Position numbers and translations under genes: made by a program. This document shows positions 1-9,407 of a DNA stretch of 64,000 bases, one piece after another. The stretch is from an uncultured Dehalococcoidia bacterium (GTDB lineage: Bacteria; Chloroflexota; Dehalococcoidia; Lucifugimonadales; UBA3495). Each line of letters opens with the position of its first letter. Positions within the stretch are counted from its first letter, which is position 1. The notes under the pieces were generated by a model. The model saw only the letters and a program-made list of their open reading frames with translations. It had not been told where the DNA came from and did not search any database. The stretch spans positions 721,936 to 785,935 of the forward strand of contig OY282565.1 of NCBI GenBank assembly GCA_958296445.1. The letters are read 5' to 3'.

Positions 1-360
1 ATGGGAAATTATCACCAGCCGATTGACTCCATCCGGCCCTGTGGCGCGGAATACATCCCTGTGGTCAAGCAGGACGGAGAGACCATCGGAGGCTTCGCAT
101 TTTTCCACCCCTTGACATTCCCGATAGCGGTCGTTGACCATCTTTCGCAGGCAAGGCCACCCGTACCTTTTGGGGGGAGGCATCAGCGTAGGGTTGGCGC
201 GTAGGAACAGCACCAGCCGCTCAGCCGCCGCCCGATGGTCGGTGCAGTCTGGGTTGCCGCACGATAGGAAATATCCCCAGCGACGAATGCCCGCAATGGC
301 GTCCACCGCATCATTGAACGAATACTCTCGCGCTGTGGCGAAAAGTTCTTTGCCTTGCAT
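1..360 (-). CDS. hypothetical protein, N-terminal 120 codons only (gene runs off the window start)
   Basis: Absent from the ORF track because no stop lies in the window. ATG at 360-358 is preceded by an AAGGAGGG Shine-Dalgarno, and the frame stays open to position 1. Hand translation: MQGKELFATAREYSFNDAVDAIAGIRRWGYFLSCGNPDCTDH... No family recognised. Confidence 0.45.
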   Translation of the reverse strand, partial: MQGKELFATAREYSFNDAVDAIAGIRRWGYFLSCGNPDCTDHRAAAERLVLFLRANPTLMPPPKRYGWPCLRKMVNDRYRECQGVEKCEASDGLSVLLDHRDVFRATGPDGVNRLVIISH

Positions 361-453
361 TATCCCTCCTTGCTATTTCGCTCGTCCGAATCCTTGCCCA
401 GCAACGATGCTAACCACCCAGCAAAATGCAACAGAAGCGGGGAAAGGGAAGGC

Positions 454-1122
454 TCAGGGGTTGGCGCGGTGTTCCTGCCAGGCGGCTAGGCGGGATTCTA
501 GGGCGCGTTGGCGTAGGGCGATGGTTAGGTCGCCGCGGGTGCGCTCTAGGACGGCTCGCATGGCGTCGGTGGTGTGGCGCAGGCCGCCGGTTACGGCTTC
601 GGGGAAGTCTACTGTTACCAGCACGCCGTATATTTCGTCCATTACTTCCATCAGCTCCTCGCAGCGTTCTACGCTGTTAGGGCTGCCTGTGCTTTCTTTG
701 CGTAGGGCGTCTAGGATGTAGCGGCGGAGTTCGCCGATGACTTCGGCTATGCCGTTGAGATAGGCCGGGGGGTCTATGCCCAGCTCCTCGGCGGTGGGGA
801 TGGCGTTGCCGGAGATGACGGCCAGGGTGACGTTGGCTTCGGTGTATTCCTTGCGGGCGTCGTTCATAAAGCCCGCGTTGTAGATTAGGGGGTTGCCGGT
901 TCGGATGTGTTCGGCGGCTTGCAGGCGGGATTGGGCGGCGTCAATCAGCCGGCGGGCTTCGCTGAAATCGGAGCGGTGGACGGCGCGGATGGCGTTGGCC
1001 GAAAGGCGGATTACCTCGCGGGACACGGCCAGCCCTTCCTCGCGGTCGCGGTTGCGGCTGGTGAGCTGCTCGATGGCGCGGTTGCCGATTTCGGTCAAGT
1101 CGGCGCTGTATCTTGACGGCAT
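454..1122 (-). CDS. translin-family protein (COG2178-like predicted nucleic-acid-binding protein)
   Basis: 222-aa ORF. Helical pattern REEGLAVSREVIRLSANAIRAVHR ... EYTEA ... AYLNGIAEVIGELRRYILDAL matches the translin-family signature (SRdi..Sk.aI..lHR; YL.G..D..GEL.R). Its start overlaps the thiE stop by 1 nt. Confidence 0.6.
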   Translation of the reverse strand: MPSRYSADLTEIGNRAIEQLTSRNRDREEGLAVSREVIRLSANAIRAVHRSDFSEARRLIDAAQSRLQAAEHIRTGNPLIYNAGFMNDARKEYTEANVTLAVISGNAIPTAEELGIDPPAYLNGIAEVIGELRRYILDALRKESTGSPNSVERCEELMEVMDEIYGVLVTVDFPEAVTGGLRHTTDAMRAVLERTRGDLTIALRQRALESRLAAWQEHRANP

Positions 1123-2108
1123 TAGACCCGTCCTCCGGCGGATTCGATGGCGGCGGTCATTTGGGCGGCGGCGGCTTCCGGCTCTGGGGCTAGGGCCACG
1201 GCGGCGGTGACGCAGATGGCGTCGGCGCCGGCTTCCACCACCGGGGGCAGGTTGTGCAGGTTGATGCCGCCGATGGCGACTAGGGGGGCGGTTGCCAGTT
1301 CCTTGGCCTGCCGCAGCCGGGCGGGGCCTTGGGGGGAGCGGGCGACGCCCTTGCTGGTGGTGGCGTAGATGGCGCCGAAGGCTACGTGGTCGGCGCCCAT
1401 TTCTTGGGATTCCACCAACTGCTCAAATTCCCGGTTGGAGCGGCCAAGGACTTGATGGGGTTGCAGAATTTGCCGGGCCTGGGCTACCGGCAGGTCGGTC
1501 TGGCCCACGTGCAGCCCGGCGGAGCCTACGGCGGCGGCGACGTCGGCGTGGTCGTTGATGATGAGCATTGCGCCGTGGCGCTGGCATAGTTCCTGCAAGG
1601 CCATTGCCAGGGGCAGCGATTCTCCTTTGTCGCGCAGCTTGTCGCGCAGTTGGAGCATACGCGCCCCGCCGTTGACCGCGGCGACGGCGATGTCGAGCGG
1701 TTCGCGGCCCCCGGTGACTTGGGGGTCTATAATTACGTAGAGGCCCCGCACCTGTTCCGCCTTTTCCCGCCGGAGGGCTGCGCCCAACTGGGCCGACAGT
1801 TCGCCTAGGGCGTGGCGGATGCGCCCGGTAGTTTCCCATCCGATGGGGCTGGACGTTTCGTCGGTTTCAAGCTGGTATAGAAGCATTTGGGCCGCCGCCG
1901 CTAAGGACAATGCTTGTTCGTTGGTTTGCGGGGGCGCGTCGCCGGGCCCGGCTAGGGCCAGAGGCGAGGGGAGCGACGGCAGCAACTCCGCCAGCCCCCG
2001 GTGGGCGGGGGTACTGGCCGCGGGGGGCGCGGTGGCTACTGCGTTCAGGCAGTGGTGAAGCATCGAGTAGTGGCTGGGCCGGTTGCTGGCGGGTCTTTCG
2101 CTGGTCAC
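1122..2108 (-). CDS. thiE: thiamine-phosphate synthase with ~110-aa N-terminal extension
   Basis: The C-terminal ~215 aa read RGLYVIIDP...MLQLRDK...LIINDHADVAAAVGSAGLHVGQTDLP...GRSNREFEQ...GADHVAFGAIYATTSK...LVAIGGI, typical of ThiE. The N-terminal Pro/Ala-rich region is unrecognised. Confidence 0.85.
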   Translation of the reverse strand: MTSERPASNRPSHYSMLHHCLNAVATAPPAASTPAHRGLAELLPSLPSPLALAGPGDAPPQTNEQALSLAAAAQMLLYQLETDETSSPIGWETTGRIRHALGELSAQLGAALRREKAEQVRGLYVIIDPQVTGGREPLDIAVAAVNGGARMLQLRDKLRDKGESLPLAMALQELCQRHGAMLIINDHADVAAAVGSAGLHVGQTDLPVAQARQILQPHQVLGRSNREFEQLVESQEMGADHVAFGAIYATTSKGVARSPQGPARLRQAKELATAPLVAIGGINLHNLPPVVEAGADAICVTAAVALAPEPEAAAAQMTAAIESAGGRV

Positions 2109-2446
2109 AAGTCAAGCCCTTTGGGAGTTTCGCCCTGGCGGGCGGCGTCAATGTTGTCGCGCACCGACGGGGGCATCTCCATTCCGTATTTTTGGAAAGC
2201 GGCCTCTACGTTGCGGCCTATGTTGCGGGGGTCTTGGTAATACTCCGGGGAACGATGCTCGCTGCCCGGCGCGAACTGCTCGTGCACCGAAGCCACCGAT
2301 TTGGCGGTGGCGAAGGACGACATCCGCCGCGCCATTTCGCTGCTGCCGCAGTGGGAGCAAACTGCGGTGACTTCGTTGCCGATGGAGCGGACAAAGAAGG
2401 ACGATACCCGCTCGCAGTCTTGGCAACGGTATTCGTATATGGGCAT
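2105..2446 (-). CDS. FmdB-family CxxC zinc-ribbon putative regulatory protein
   Basis: MPIYEYRCQDCERVSS...VCSHCGSSEMARRMS is the classic FmdB N-terminus. Start set at the internal Met of ORF 2105..2503. A 4-nt ATGA-type overlap joins it to thiE. Confidence 0.7.
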   Translation of the reverse strand: MPIYEYRCQDCERVSSFFVRSIGNEVTAVCSHCGSSEMARRMSSFATAKSVASVHEQFAPGSEHRSPEYYQDPRNIGRNVEAAFQKYGMEMPPSVRDNIDAARQGETPKGLDL

Positions 2447-2508
2447 TGGGCCTCCGGGAATGGTTGTCTGAAAAATAAAACAGTGCTTGCTAATCTTAAA
2501 CAATCGGA

Positions 2509-2841
2509 TTATTCCCGGCTTTCGCCGGATCCGCCGCCAATCTCCCGCCGCATTTGGTCGAAGTCCGGGGTTGTTTGCCCGCCCATTTCGCGCTTGACGC
2601 GGCCCATATAGCGGCTGATGCTGGCCGGGTTGTTTTCGTCAACGTCGCTGGATGTTTCGCGGCTGGGAACCCAATTCAGGCTGTCGCCCCACGATTTGCG
2701 GATGGCGAAGCCCGACATCAGCCGCGACAGGTCGCTGCCGCCGCATTGGCGGCACTCCACGGGGCTGCTGGACGACCAACTGTAGACCAGCCGGGAACTG
2801 ACGGCGTTGCAGTCGGCGCAACGGTATTCATATACAGGCAT
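2509..2841 (-). CDS. FmdB-family CxxC zinc-ribbon putative regulatory protein (tandem paralog)
   Basis: MPVYEYRCADCNAVSS...ECRQCGGSDLSRLMS. Lies directly upstream of the paralog at 2105..2446. Confidence 0.7.
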   Translation of the reverse strand: MPVYEYRCADCNAVSSRLVYSWSSSSPVECRQCGGSDLSRLMSGFAIRKSWGDSLNWVPSRETSSDVDENNPASISRYMGRVKREMGGQTTPDFDQMRREIGGGSGESRE

Positions 2842-2895
2842 AACGCCGGTATTTTAGCACGGCGGGCAATGGGGCGCAGGGATACGGGGATGGGG

Positions 2896-3753
2896 CTATT
2901 CGCCTCGCAGACGGCGTAGCTCCTCGCGCAGACGCTCGGCCTCGGACTGGGCGGTGTCGCGCTCGGCCTTGGCCTCGTCGCGCTTGGTGGCGGCCTCGTC
3001 GCGCTCGGCGGTGGCCTCGTCGCGCTCAACGGCGGTGAGCAGGCGGGCGGCGCGTTCCGAGTCGCGCTCGGTGACGGCTTGGTCGCGCTCGGCGGCGGTC
3101 TGTAGGTGGGCGGCTTTTTCCTCGGCGATGTTGTTGATGTAGGCGCCCGTCTTGCGGTCGTAATACATTAAGCGCGGGCCACTGGCGCAGAGGCACAAGT
3201 CCAGTGCCGGGCTGTAGCCCCATACCATCCCGTCGGCTTCGGTGGTTAGTTCGATGGGCTGGTACTCGCCGTCGGCTAGGGTGTCGCCGGCCAGCGGGGC
3301 GCCGTAGAGACGCCTGCCGGTGCGGTCGAAGCGCCAGTATTCGCCGACGCCTATCCGGGCGTAGAGGTCTCGCTTGGGGCCGGTGTCGGTGCGGCGGGTG
3401 GTTCGCGACGCCACTTCCAGGGCGAAATCCGGCGGTTTGCCGGCTTCGGCGATGATGTATCCGTCACGGGCAAAGATGGATTCGGTGTCCACCCCGAAAA
3501 CGATGTACACATCGGGGCGCACCCGGCGGCGGCGCATATCGTTGGGGTCGTAGAAAACGAAACCGCCGGTGTCTACCAGCGTGTGCGGCTGATGGGAGAA
3601 ATGGTCGCGGAGCAGGTGGCCGGATTCGTCAATGGGTTCAGCTTGCAGCATATCATCGCGCCGGTATTCGGGAGTGGGGCAGACATAGCCCTCGGGCAGA
3701 ATCCTGCGGTAGGGCAGGAAGGGGGCGGCGGGCTTGGATGCTGGGGAAGTCAT
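2896..3753 (-). CDS. Uma2/DUF820-family endonuclease domain fused to a C-terminal ERD-repeat coiled coil
   Basis: Core reads VRPDVYIVFG ... PPDFALEVASRTTRRTDTGPKRDLYARIGVGEYWRFD (PD-(D/E)xK-like Uma2 pattern). The last ~80 aa are a charged repeat (ERDQAVTERDSE...ERDEATAERDEAATKRDEAKAERD) encoded by ~21-nt DNA repeats at about 2940-3030. Confidence 0.75.
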   Translation of the reverse strand: MTSPASKPAAPFLPYRRILPEGYVCPTPEYRRDDMLQAEPIDESGHLLRDHFSHQPHTLVDTGGFVFYDPNDMRRRRVRPDVYIVFGVDTESIFARDGYIIAEAGKPPDFALEVASRTTRRTDTGPKRDLYARIGVGEYWRFDRTGRRLYGAPLAGDTLADGEYQPIELTTEADGMVWGYSPALDLCLCASGPRLMYYDRKTGAYINNIAEEKAAHLQTAAERDQAVTERDSERAARLLTAVERDEATAERDEAATKRDEAKAERDTAQSEAERLREELRRLRGE

Positions 3754-4188
3754 AACGGCCTCGCGCCACGGGGCGGTTGGAGTTGGGGCGGCCTTGCGGC
3801 TAATGATACCAAACCGGGCGCGATGGCGAAACTTCCCGCCGCGCTGAATCCGGCGGCCTGCTAATACTGCTAATATAGGTCACCGCTGGATATTTTCAGC
3901 AAGGCAGGCCGGAATTGGATACGCAGAACCCGGGCATACCGGGCATAATGGCCTTGATAACCCGCGCTCCGTGGCGCGAGGCGGTCACCTGCGGCGAAAC
4001 TTGGCCCCGCGAGTGCGGGGTAATCCAGCGCGACGGCCAGCAGGCGTTGCTGGCGGAATTTTGCCGTCGAGTACGGCGCGGCTAGGGCGTCGGTTTTTCA
4101 CCTACTCTGCGGTGCGCCAAGCCCAAGTTATGATAGGGATGTTTTCAACCCCCGGCTGGAGAGAATTTTGGCAGATTTGGAGTAAGTT

Positions 4189-4791
4189 ATGGCGATGCTG
4201 AAACTGCGCACCGGGGCGCGGCTGTCTATCGAAGAGTTCCTGGAATTGCCGGATACGTTCGACAAGCGGAAGATGGAACTGGACGAGGGGGAGCTGTACA
4301 TAATGCCTAGGCCGCGAGCCGGACACCAGTTTTTGCAACTCAGGATTGGCGGTTATTTCGACAGATACCTTGACGAATTCGACGAACCGCCGGCCGATGT
4401 GTTTCCTGACGTCATTGTCGCTTTGGCGCTGGAGTGCCGCATCCTTTTGTCTCCCGACCTTACTATCGTTCTTAGAGGGGGCGCGGCGATGGTGCGGAAT
4501 GGTATAGTTGAGGGGGCGCCGGACGTTGTTATCGAAATTCTTTCATCCGACCGCAATCGTGACTTGGTGCGTAAACGGCGGTTGTATGCCGAAGCGGGCG
4601 TCGCGGAATACTGGGTTTTCGATTCGTTGAATGACACTGCTACGCTGCTGGAACTGCGGGGGGGCGAGTATGTGGAGCGGGGGGTGCTGGACGCCTCGGC
4701 CACCTTGACCGCGGCGTTGTTGCCGGGCCTTGCCATCCCGCTGGCGGACGTGTTCCGGCACCCCCGCCGCCCGGCGCGGGATTCGCGGTAA
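4189..4791 (+). CDS. Uma2/DUF820-family endonuclease
   Basis: 200 aa. LSIEEFLELPD...ELDEGELYIMPRP...APDVVIEILSSDRNRDLVRKRRLYAEAGVAEYWVFD, typical of Uma2. Confidence 0.85.
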   Translation: MAMLKLRTGARLSIEEFLELPDTFDKRKMELDEGELYIMPRPRAGHQFLQLRIGGYFDRYLDEFDEPPADVFPDVIVALALECRILLSPDLTIVLRGGAAMVRNGIVEGAPDVVIEILSSDRNRDLVRKRRLYAEAGVAEYWVFDSLNDTATLLELRGGEYVERGVLDASATLTAALLPGLAIPLADVFRHPRRPARDSR

Positions 4792-4863
4792 TTGCCGATA
4801 CCGATTGAAAGGGATGCTTTCAACCCCCGGCTGGAGAAAATTTTGGCAGGTTTGGAGTAAGTT

Positions 4864-5466
4864 ATGGCGATGCTGAAACCGCGCACCGGGGCGCGGCTGT
4901 CCATCGAAGAGTTCTTGGAGTTGCCGGATACGTTCGACAAGCGGAAGATGGAACTGGACGCGGGAGAGCTGTACATAATGCCTAGGCCGCGAATTGGACA
5001 CCAGTATTTGCAGGGTGAGCTGATTTGGCATTGCAAGAGCTACTTCAAGGGATTTGCCGAGCCGCCAGCCGAGTTGTTTCACGATGTTATCGTTGCTTTG
5101 TCATTGGAGCGCCGTATCCTGCTGTCTCCTGATATAGCCATCATTCTGCAAGGTGGCAGGGCTGTTGTCACTGAGATGACGGTTGAGGGGGCGCCGGACA
5201 TTGTTATCGAAATTCTTTCCTCCGACCGCAGTCGTGACTTGGTGCGTAAACTGCGGTTATATGCCGAAGCGGGCGTCCTGGAATACTGGATTTTCGACTC
5301 GTTGAACGATACCGCTACGCTGCTGGAACTGCGGGGCGGTGAGTATGTGGAGCGGGGGGTGCTGGACGTCTCGGCCACCTTGACCACGCCGTTGCTGCCC
5401 GGCCTTGCCATCCCGCTGGCGGGCGTGTTTCGCCACCCCCGCCGCCCGGCGCGGGATTCGCGGTAA
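4864..5466 (+). CDS. Uma2/DUF820-family endonuclease (tandem paralog)
   Basis: 200 aa. N- and C-terminal thirds are near-identical to 4189..4791; the middle is diverged. Confidence 0.85.
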   Translation: MAMLKPRTGARLSIEEFLELPDTFDKRKMELDAGELYIMPRPRIGHQYLQGELIWHCKSYFKGFAEPPAELFHDVIVALSLERRILLSPDIAIILQGGRAVVTEMTVEGAPDIVIEILSSDRSRDLVRKLRLYAEAGVLEYWIFDSLNDTATLLELRGGEYVERGVLDVSATLTTPLLPGLAIPLAGVFRHPRRPARDSR

Positions 5467-5557
5467 TTGCCGATACCGCGCCCGCTTGCCCGCACTTGCG
5501 CCTTGCCCCTGGGGTATAATGCGGCAACGCCAGTCTATCGTTGCCGAGGTGCCGGAA

Positions 5558-8320
5558 ATGGCTACGCCTATGCTTATGCCCCTCACTGCCCCGGAACGCC
5601 AGCCGCTCCTGATGATAATGGACGGCCACGCTATGGTGCATCGCTCTTTCCGCGCCATATCCACCCAGCGCAATCTGACCAGCAGCGCCACCGGGGAGGA
5701 CACTACGGGCGTGTATGGGTTCGCCAATGTGTTCCTGCGGGCGTTGCTGGAATGGAACCCGGCCTATTGCGCCATCGCCTTTGACACCTCGGCGCCCACC
5801 TTCCGGCACTTGCAGTTTGAGGCATACAAAGCCCAGCGTCCGCCTTCGCCGCCGGAGCTGCGTCCGCAGTTCGACCGGGTGAAGCAGCTTATGGCCGCTT
5901 TCGGCGTTCCTGTGTTCGAGCTGGAGGGGTGGGAAGCCGACGACGTTATCGGCTCGCTTACCCGGCAGGCGGAGGAGGCGGGCATTGATTCGGTGATACT
6001 CACCGGCGACCGCGACACATTCCAACTGGTTTCCCCCCGCGTGCGGGTTGATCTGGCTTCCAACATCCAGGATAGGAAGGTGTATGACGAGGCGGAACTG
6101 GCGGAACGCTACTCCGGCCTGACCGCCGCCCAGCAGCCCGACTTCAAGGCGATGGTGGGCGACAGCTCCGACAACATCCCCGGCGTCCCCAAGGTGGGTG
6201 AGAAACGGGCATCCGCTCTGCTGGGCGAATACGGCAGTCTGGAGGGCATCTACGAAAACTTGGAGGCGGTAAAGCCGCCCAGCGTCAAGGCGGCGTTGAG
6301 CGAGAACCGCGAGCGGGCCTTCGAGAACCGCCGCTTGATGACCATAGACCGCCAAGCCCCGGTGACACTGGACCCGGAGCAGTGCCGCTTCGGGCGTTAC
6401 GACCGCCGCAATGTGGTGGAATTGCTGACCGAGCTGGAGTTTTACAGCGTCATAGCCCGCGTTCCCAACCCCGACGGGCCGGACGCCGCCGCTGTTGCCC
6501 CGGAGGGCCAGGGCGGGCCGGAAACCGATTACGCCGTGGTGCAGACCCGGCAGCAACTGGACGCGATGATTGCCGCTTTAGAGGAAGCGGGCAGTTTCGC
6601 CTTTGACACCGAAACCACCGCCCTCGACGCTATGCGGGCCGAACTGGCCGGGCTGTCTTTCGCCATCGCGCCGGGCCGGGCTTGGTATGTGCCGGTCGGC
6701 CACCGCGAGGGCGAACAGTTGCCGCTGGAGTCGGTGTTGGCCGCCCTGCGCCCGCTGTTCCAGTCGCCGGACATCGCCAAGTCTGCCCATAACGCCAACT
6801 ACGATATGACGGTCTTGGCGAACTATGGTGTCAGATTCGCCAACGTGGATTTCGACACTATGATCGCCGCCCACCTGCTGGGCCGCAGCTACAACCAGCT
6901 TGGCTTGAAAGAACTTTCGCTGGACGTTCTGGGCCACGAAATGACGCCCATCACCGAGCTTATCGGCAAGGGGCGCAAGCAGGTCACTATTGACCAAGTG
7001 GACATCGCCGCCGCCGCCGACTATGCATCGGCCGACGCCGATATGACTTTCCGCCTGCGCGAATCCTTTGAGCCGCAACTGCAACGGGACAGCCTGCGCG
7101 GGCTGATGGACGATACTGAGATGGCGCTGCTGCCGGTGCTGGTTACTATGCAGCGGCACGGCATCAGGATGGACGCCGGCGTGCTTCACGAAATGTCCGC
7201 CGATATGTACCGGCAGTTGTCGCAGATTGAAACCGACATATACCAGTCCATCGGCCACGAAGTGAACATAAACTCCACCCAGCAGTTGAGCAGTCTGCTG
7301 TTCCAAGAATTGGGGCTGCCCAAGACCAAGCGCACCAAGACGGGCTACTCCACCGACGCCAACGCGCTGGAGTCGCTGCGGGGGCTGCATCCGGTGGTGG
7401 ACGGGATTCTGGAGTACCGGCAGGTAGCCAAGCTGAAGTCAACCTATGTTGACGCCTTGCCCGAAATGGTCAATCCGGCTACCGGGCGGGTGCATACCAG
7501 CTACAACCAGACCGGCTCGGCCACCGGGCGCATATCCAGCAGCGACCCCAATCTACAGAACATCCCCGTCCGCACTGAGCTGGGCCGTCAGGTGCGCCGG
7601 GCTTTCGTGGCCGATGGCGCGCCGGACTGGCAGCTTTTTTCCGCCGACTACTCGCAGATTGAGTTGCGGGTGCTGGCTCATATGTCCCAGGACCCGGGGC
7701 TGCTGGACGCCTTCCGCCGCGGCGAGGACATTCACAGCGCCACCGCGTCGCTGATGTTCGAGGTGCCGGTCAACGAAGTGGATTCGGAGATGCGCCGCAT
7801 CGCCAAGGTGCTGAACTTCGGCGTAATCTACGGCCTGTCGCCCCACGGCATTTCCCAGCAGACGGGTTTCAGCCGCGAGCAGGGGCGGGAGTTTATAGAT
7901 GCCTATTTCGCCAAATATCCCGGCATCAGCGGCTACTTGGAGGAAGTCAAGGCCCGCGCCCGCGCCGAGCAGTATGTGGAGACGCTGCTGGGCCGCCGCC
8001 GCTATCTGGCCGACATCAACAGCCCCAACTTCAACACCCGGGGCGGCGCCGAGCGCATGGCAATCAATATGCCCATTCAAGGCACTGCCGCCGATATAAT
8101 GAAGCTGGCGATGGTGCGGGTGCAGCGCCGCCTGGACGCCGAGGAAATGCGAACCCGGATGCTATTACAGGTTCACGACGAGCTGGTATTCGAGACCCCG
8201 CGGGACGAAATGGACGCGCTGCAAGCTCTGGTGTACGACGAAATGCCCGCCGCAATGAGTCTGGACGTCACGCTGAAGGTGGACACGAAATGGGCGGACA
8301 ACTGGGGGGATATGGAGTAG
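5558..8320 (+). CDS. polA: DNA polymerase I
   Basis: 5'-nuclease domain (LLMIMDGHAMVHRSF...GVYGF), 3'-5' exonuclease-like domain (FAFDTETT) and polymerase motifs (DYSQIELRVLAH; RRIAKVLNFGVIYG; QVHDELVFE). The start could also be 5519. Confidence 0.95.
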   Translation: MATPMLMPLTAPERQPLLMIMDGHAMVHRSFRAISTQRNLTSSATGEDTTGVYGFANVFLRALLEWNPAYCAIAFDTSAPTFRHLQFEAYKAQRPPSPPELRPQFDRVKQLMAAFGVPVFELEGWEADDVIGSLTRQAEEAGIDSVILTGDRDTFQLVSPRVRVDLASNIQDRKVYDEAELAERYSGLTAAQQPDFKAMVGDSSDNIPGVPKVGEKRASALLGEYGSLEGIYENLEAVKPPSVKAALSENRERAFENRRLMTIDRQAPVTLDPEQCRFGRYDRRNVVELLTELEFYSVIARVPNPDGPDAAAVAPEGQGGPETDYAVVQTRQQLDAMIAALEEAGSFAFDTETTALDAMRAELAGLSFAIAPGRAWYVPVGHREGEQLPLESVLAALRPLFQSPDIAKSAHNANYDMTVLANYGVRFANVDFDTMIAAHLLGRSYNQLGLKELSLDVLGHEMTPITELIGKGRKQVTIDQVDIAAAADYASADADMTFRLRESFEPQLQRDSLRGLMDDTEMALLPVLVTMQRHGIRMDAGVLHEMSADMYRQLSQIETDIYQSIGHEVNINSTQQLSSLLFQELGLPKTKRTKTGYSTDANALESLRGLHPVVDGILEYRQVAKLKSTYVDALPEMVNPATGRVHTSYNQTGSATGRISSSDPNLQNIPVRTELGRQVRRAFVADGAPDWQLFSADYSQIELRVLAHMSQDPGLLDAFRRGEDIHSATASLMFEVPVNEVDSEMRRIAKVLNFGVIYGLSPHGISQQTGFSREQGREFIDAYFAKYPGISGYLEEVKARARAEQYVETLLGRRRYLADINSPNFNTRGGAERMAINMPIQGTAADIMKLAMVRVQRRLDAEEMRTRMLLQVHDELVFETPRDEMDALQALVYDEMPAAMSLDVTLKVDTKWADNWGDME

Positions 8321-8360
8321 GGGGCTGACGGCGGCGTAATACTCAAAAAGGAGTCGTATC

Positions 8361-8720
8361 ATGGGACTGACCGAAGTTCAGGCAAGGGTGTTCGGCGAAT
8401 ATGAAACCCGGGAGTACACGTTCATGGTTGATACCGGCTCAACATTTCTGGCCCTCCCGCAAGAGGAAATCGAAGCGCTTGGGCTTCGCCGAGCTCGAGG
8501 GACGGTCAAACTGATGAGTGCTACCGGAATGGTGGATGTGGAGACGTATTTCGCTGATGGCGAGCTTATGGGGTATGAGTTCGGGGCGATTCTGGTGCCT
8601 GCGCCCACGCCACTGCTGGGCTACGAACTGTTGCAAAACTTGCGGTTCAAGGTGAACCCGGTCACTCACCAAATCGAGAAAGTGCCGGATGACGAAATAC
8701 ATCCGCCATATCAGTTGTGA
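8361..8720 (+). CDS. retropepsin-like (clan AA) aspartic protease family protein
   Basis: 119 aa with the FMVDTGSTFLALP catalytic-type DTGS motif. Size and layout fit small prokaryotic clan-AA proteases. Confidence 0.65.
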   Translation: MGLTEVQARVFGEYETREYTFMVDTGSTFLALPQEEIEALGLRRARGTVKLMSATGMVDVETYFADGELMGYEFGAILVPAPTPLLGYELLQNLRFKVNPVTHQIEKVPDDEIHPPYQL

Positions 8721-8765
8721 GGGATGGGGCTGGGCAAATTCTCGCTTTTTCTCCGGGTAAATGCG

Positions 8766-8930
8766 ACCCGATGCTGTTCTAGGTTCACGACGAACTGATA
8801 TTTGAGATACCGCGGACGAAATAGACGCGCTGCAAGCCTTGGTGTACGACGAAATGCCCTCAGCAATGAGTCTGGGCGTCACGCTGAAAGTGGACACTAA
8901 ATGGGCGGACAACCGGGGGATATGGAGTAG
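8766..8930 (+). pseudogene. decayed duplicate of the polA 3' end
   Basis: The DNA aligns by eye to polA 8158-8322 (...aggttcacgacga(g/a)ctg(g/a)tat(t)cgaga...gtgtacgacgaaatgccc...ggtggacac(g/t)aaatgggcggacaac...). It carries in-frame stops and indels. The encoded remnant is VYDEMPSAMSLGVTLKVDTKWADN. Confidence 0.85.
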
Positions 8931-8965
8931 GCGGGCTGACGGCGCATTAATTGGGGAGAGCGAGT

Positions 8966-9376
8966 ATGCAGTTGAAGCGGATAAATTACAGCGAACTCTC
9001 TGCGAAACAGCAAGAGATATACAACTTCCAGAAGTCGGCAGCCTTACTCGCTGATTACGGCTTCAACTGCATCAAACTGTCTGATGATTGGCAAGGAGCC
9101 GATTTCCTAGCCTACCATAAAGACGGAGAACAAACTCTGAAAGTCCAGCTCAAAGGCCGTTTGGGAATCTACAAGAAATATCAAGGTAAAGACTTATATA
9201 TGAACTTTCCGGCCAACGATGTTTGGTATCTGGTTCCTCACGATGAGCTGTTGTGTATTGTGGGAGAAACTACACCTTGGCTGAATAGTAATTCTTGGAA
9301 AAGCGGTGGATATAGCAGTGGGAACCCTCCTCGTAAACTGCTGGAAAGATTGGCTCCTTTTGCTCTTAACAGATAG
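8966..9376 (+). CDS. hypothetical protein, possible small PD-(D/E)xK-fold nuclease
   Basis: AT-richer than its flanks. GGGGAGAG lies upstream of the ATG. The motif order is E(QQEIY)...GADFLAY...TLKVQLKGR, which resembles the D...(E/Q)xK core. No family confidently recognised. Confidence 0.45.
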   Translation: MQLKRINYSELSAKQQEIYNFQKSAALLADYGFNCIKLSDDWQGADFLAYHKDGEQTLKVQLKGRLGIYKKYQGKDLYMNFPANDVWYLVPHDELLCIVGETTPWLNSNSWKSGGYSSGNPPRKLLERLAPFALNR

Positions 9377-9407
9377 CCAGTCATAAAATACAGGAGGTCT
9401 GTCCTAA

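Larger units (their letters stand above)
4110..5470. repeat. tandem duplication, 2 x ~675 bp, each unit = leader + Uma2 gene
   Basis: The leader ...tttcaacccccggctggaga(g/a)aattttggcag(a/g)tttggagtaagttATGgcgatgctgaaac and both gene ends (GVFRHPRRPARDSR stop) recur with a 675-nt offset (starts 4189 vs 4864). Confidence 0.85.

Noticed and set aside
5315-6556. Long antisense ORFs opposite confidently identified genes: 5315..6556 (vs polA), 9758..11287 (vs citE-like/folB), 42380..43735 (vs carboxyltransferase), 25153..25959, 47079..47861, 23886..24758, 53302..54255 and 18508..19233.
   Set aside because: They are Arg/Pro/Gly/His-rich, carry no recognisable motifs and lie exactly antisense to genes with strong family signatures. 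This is the expected artefact of high-GC DNA.
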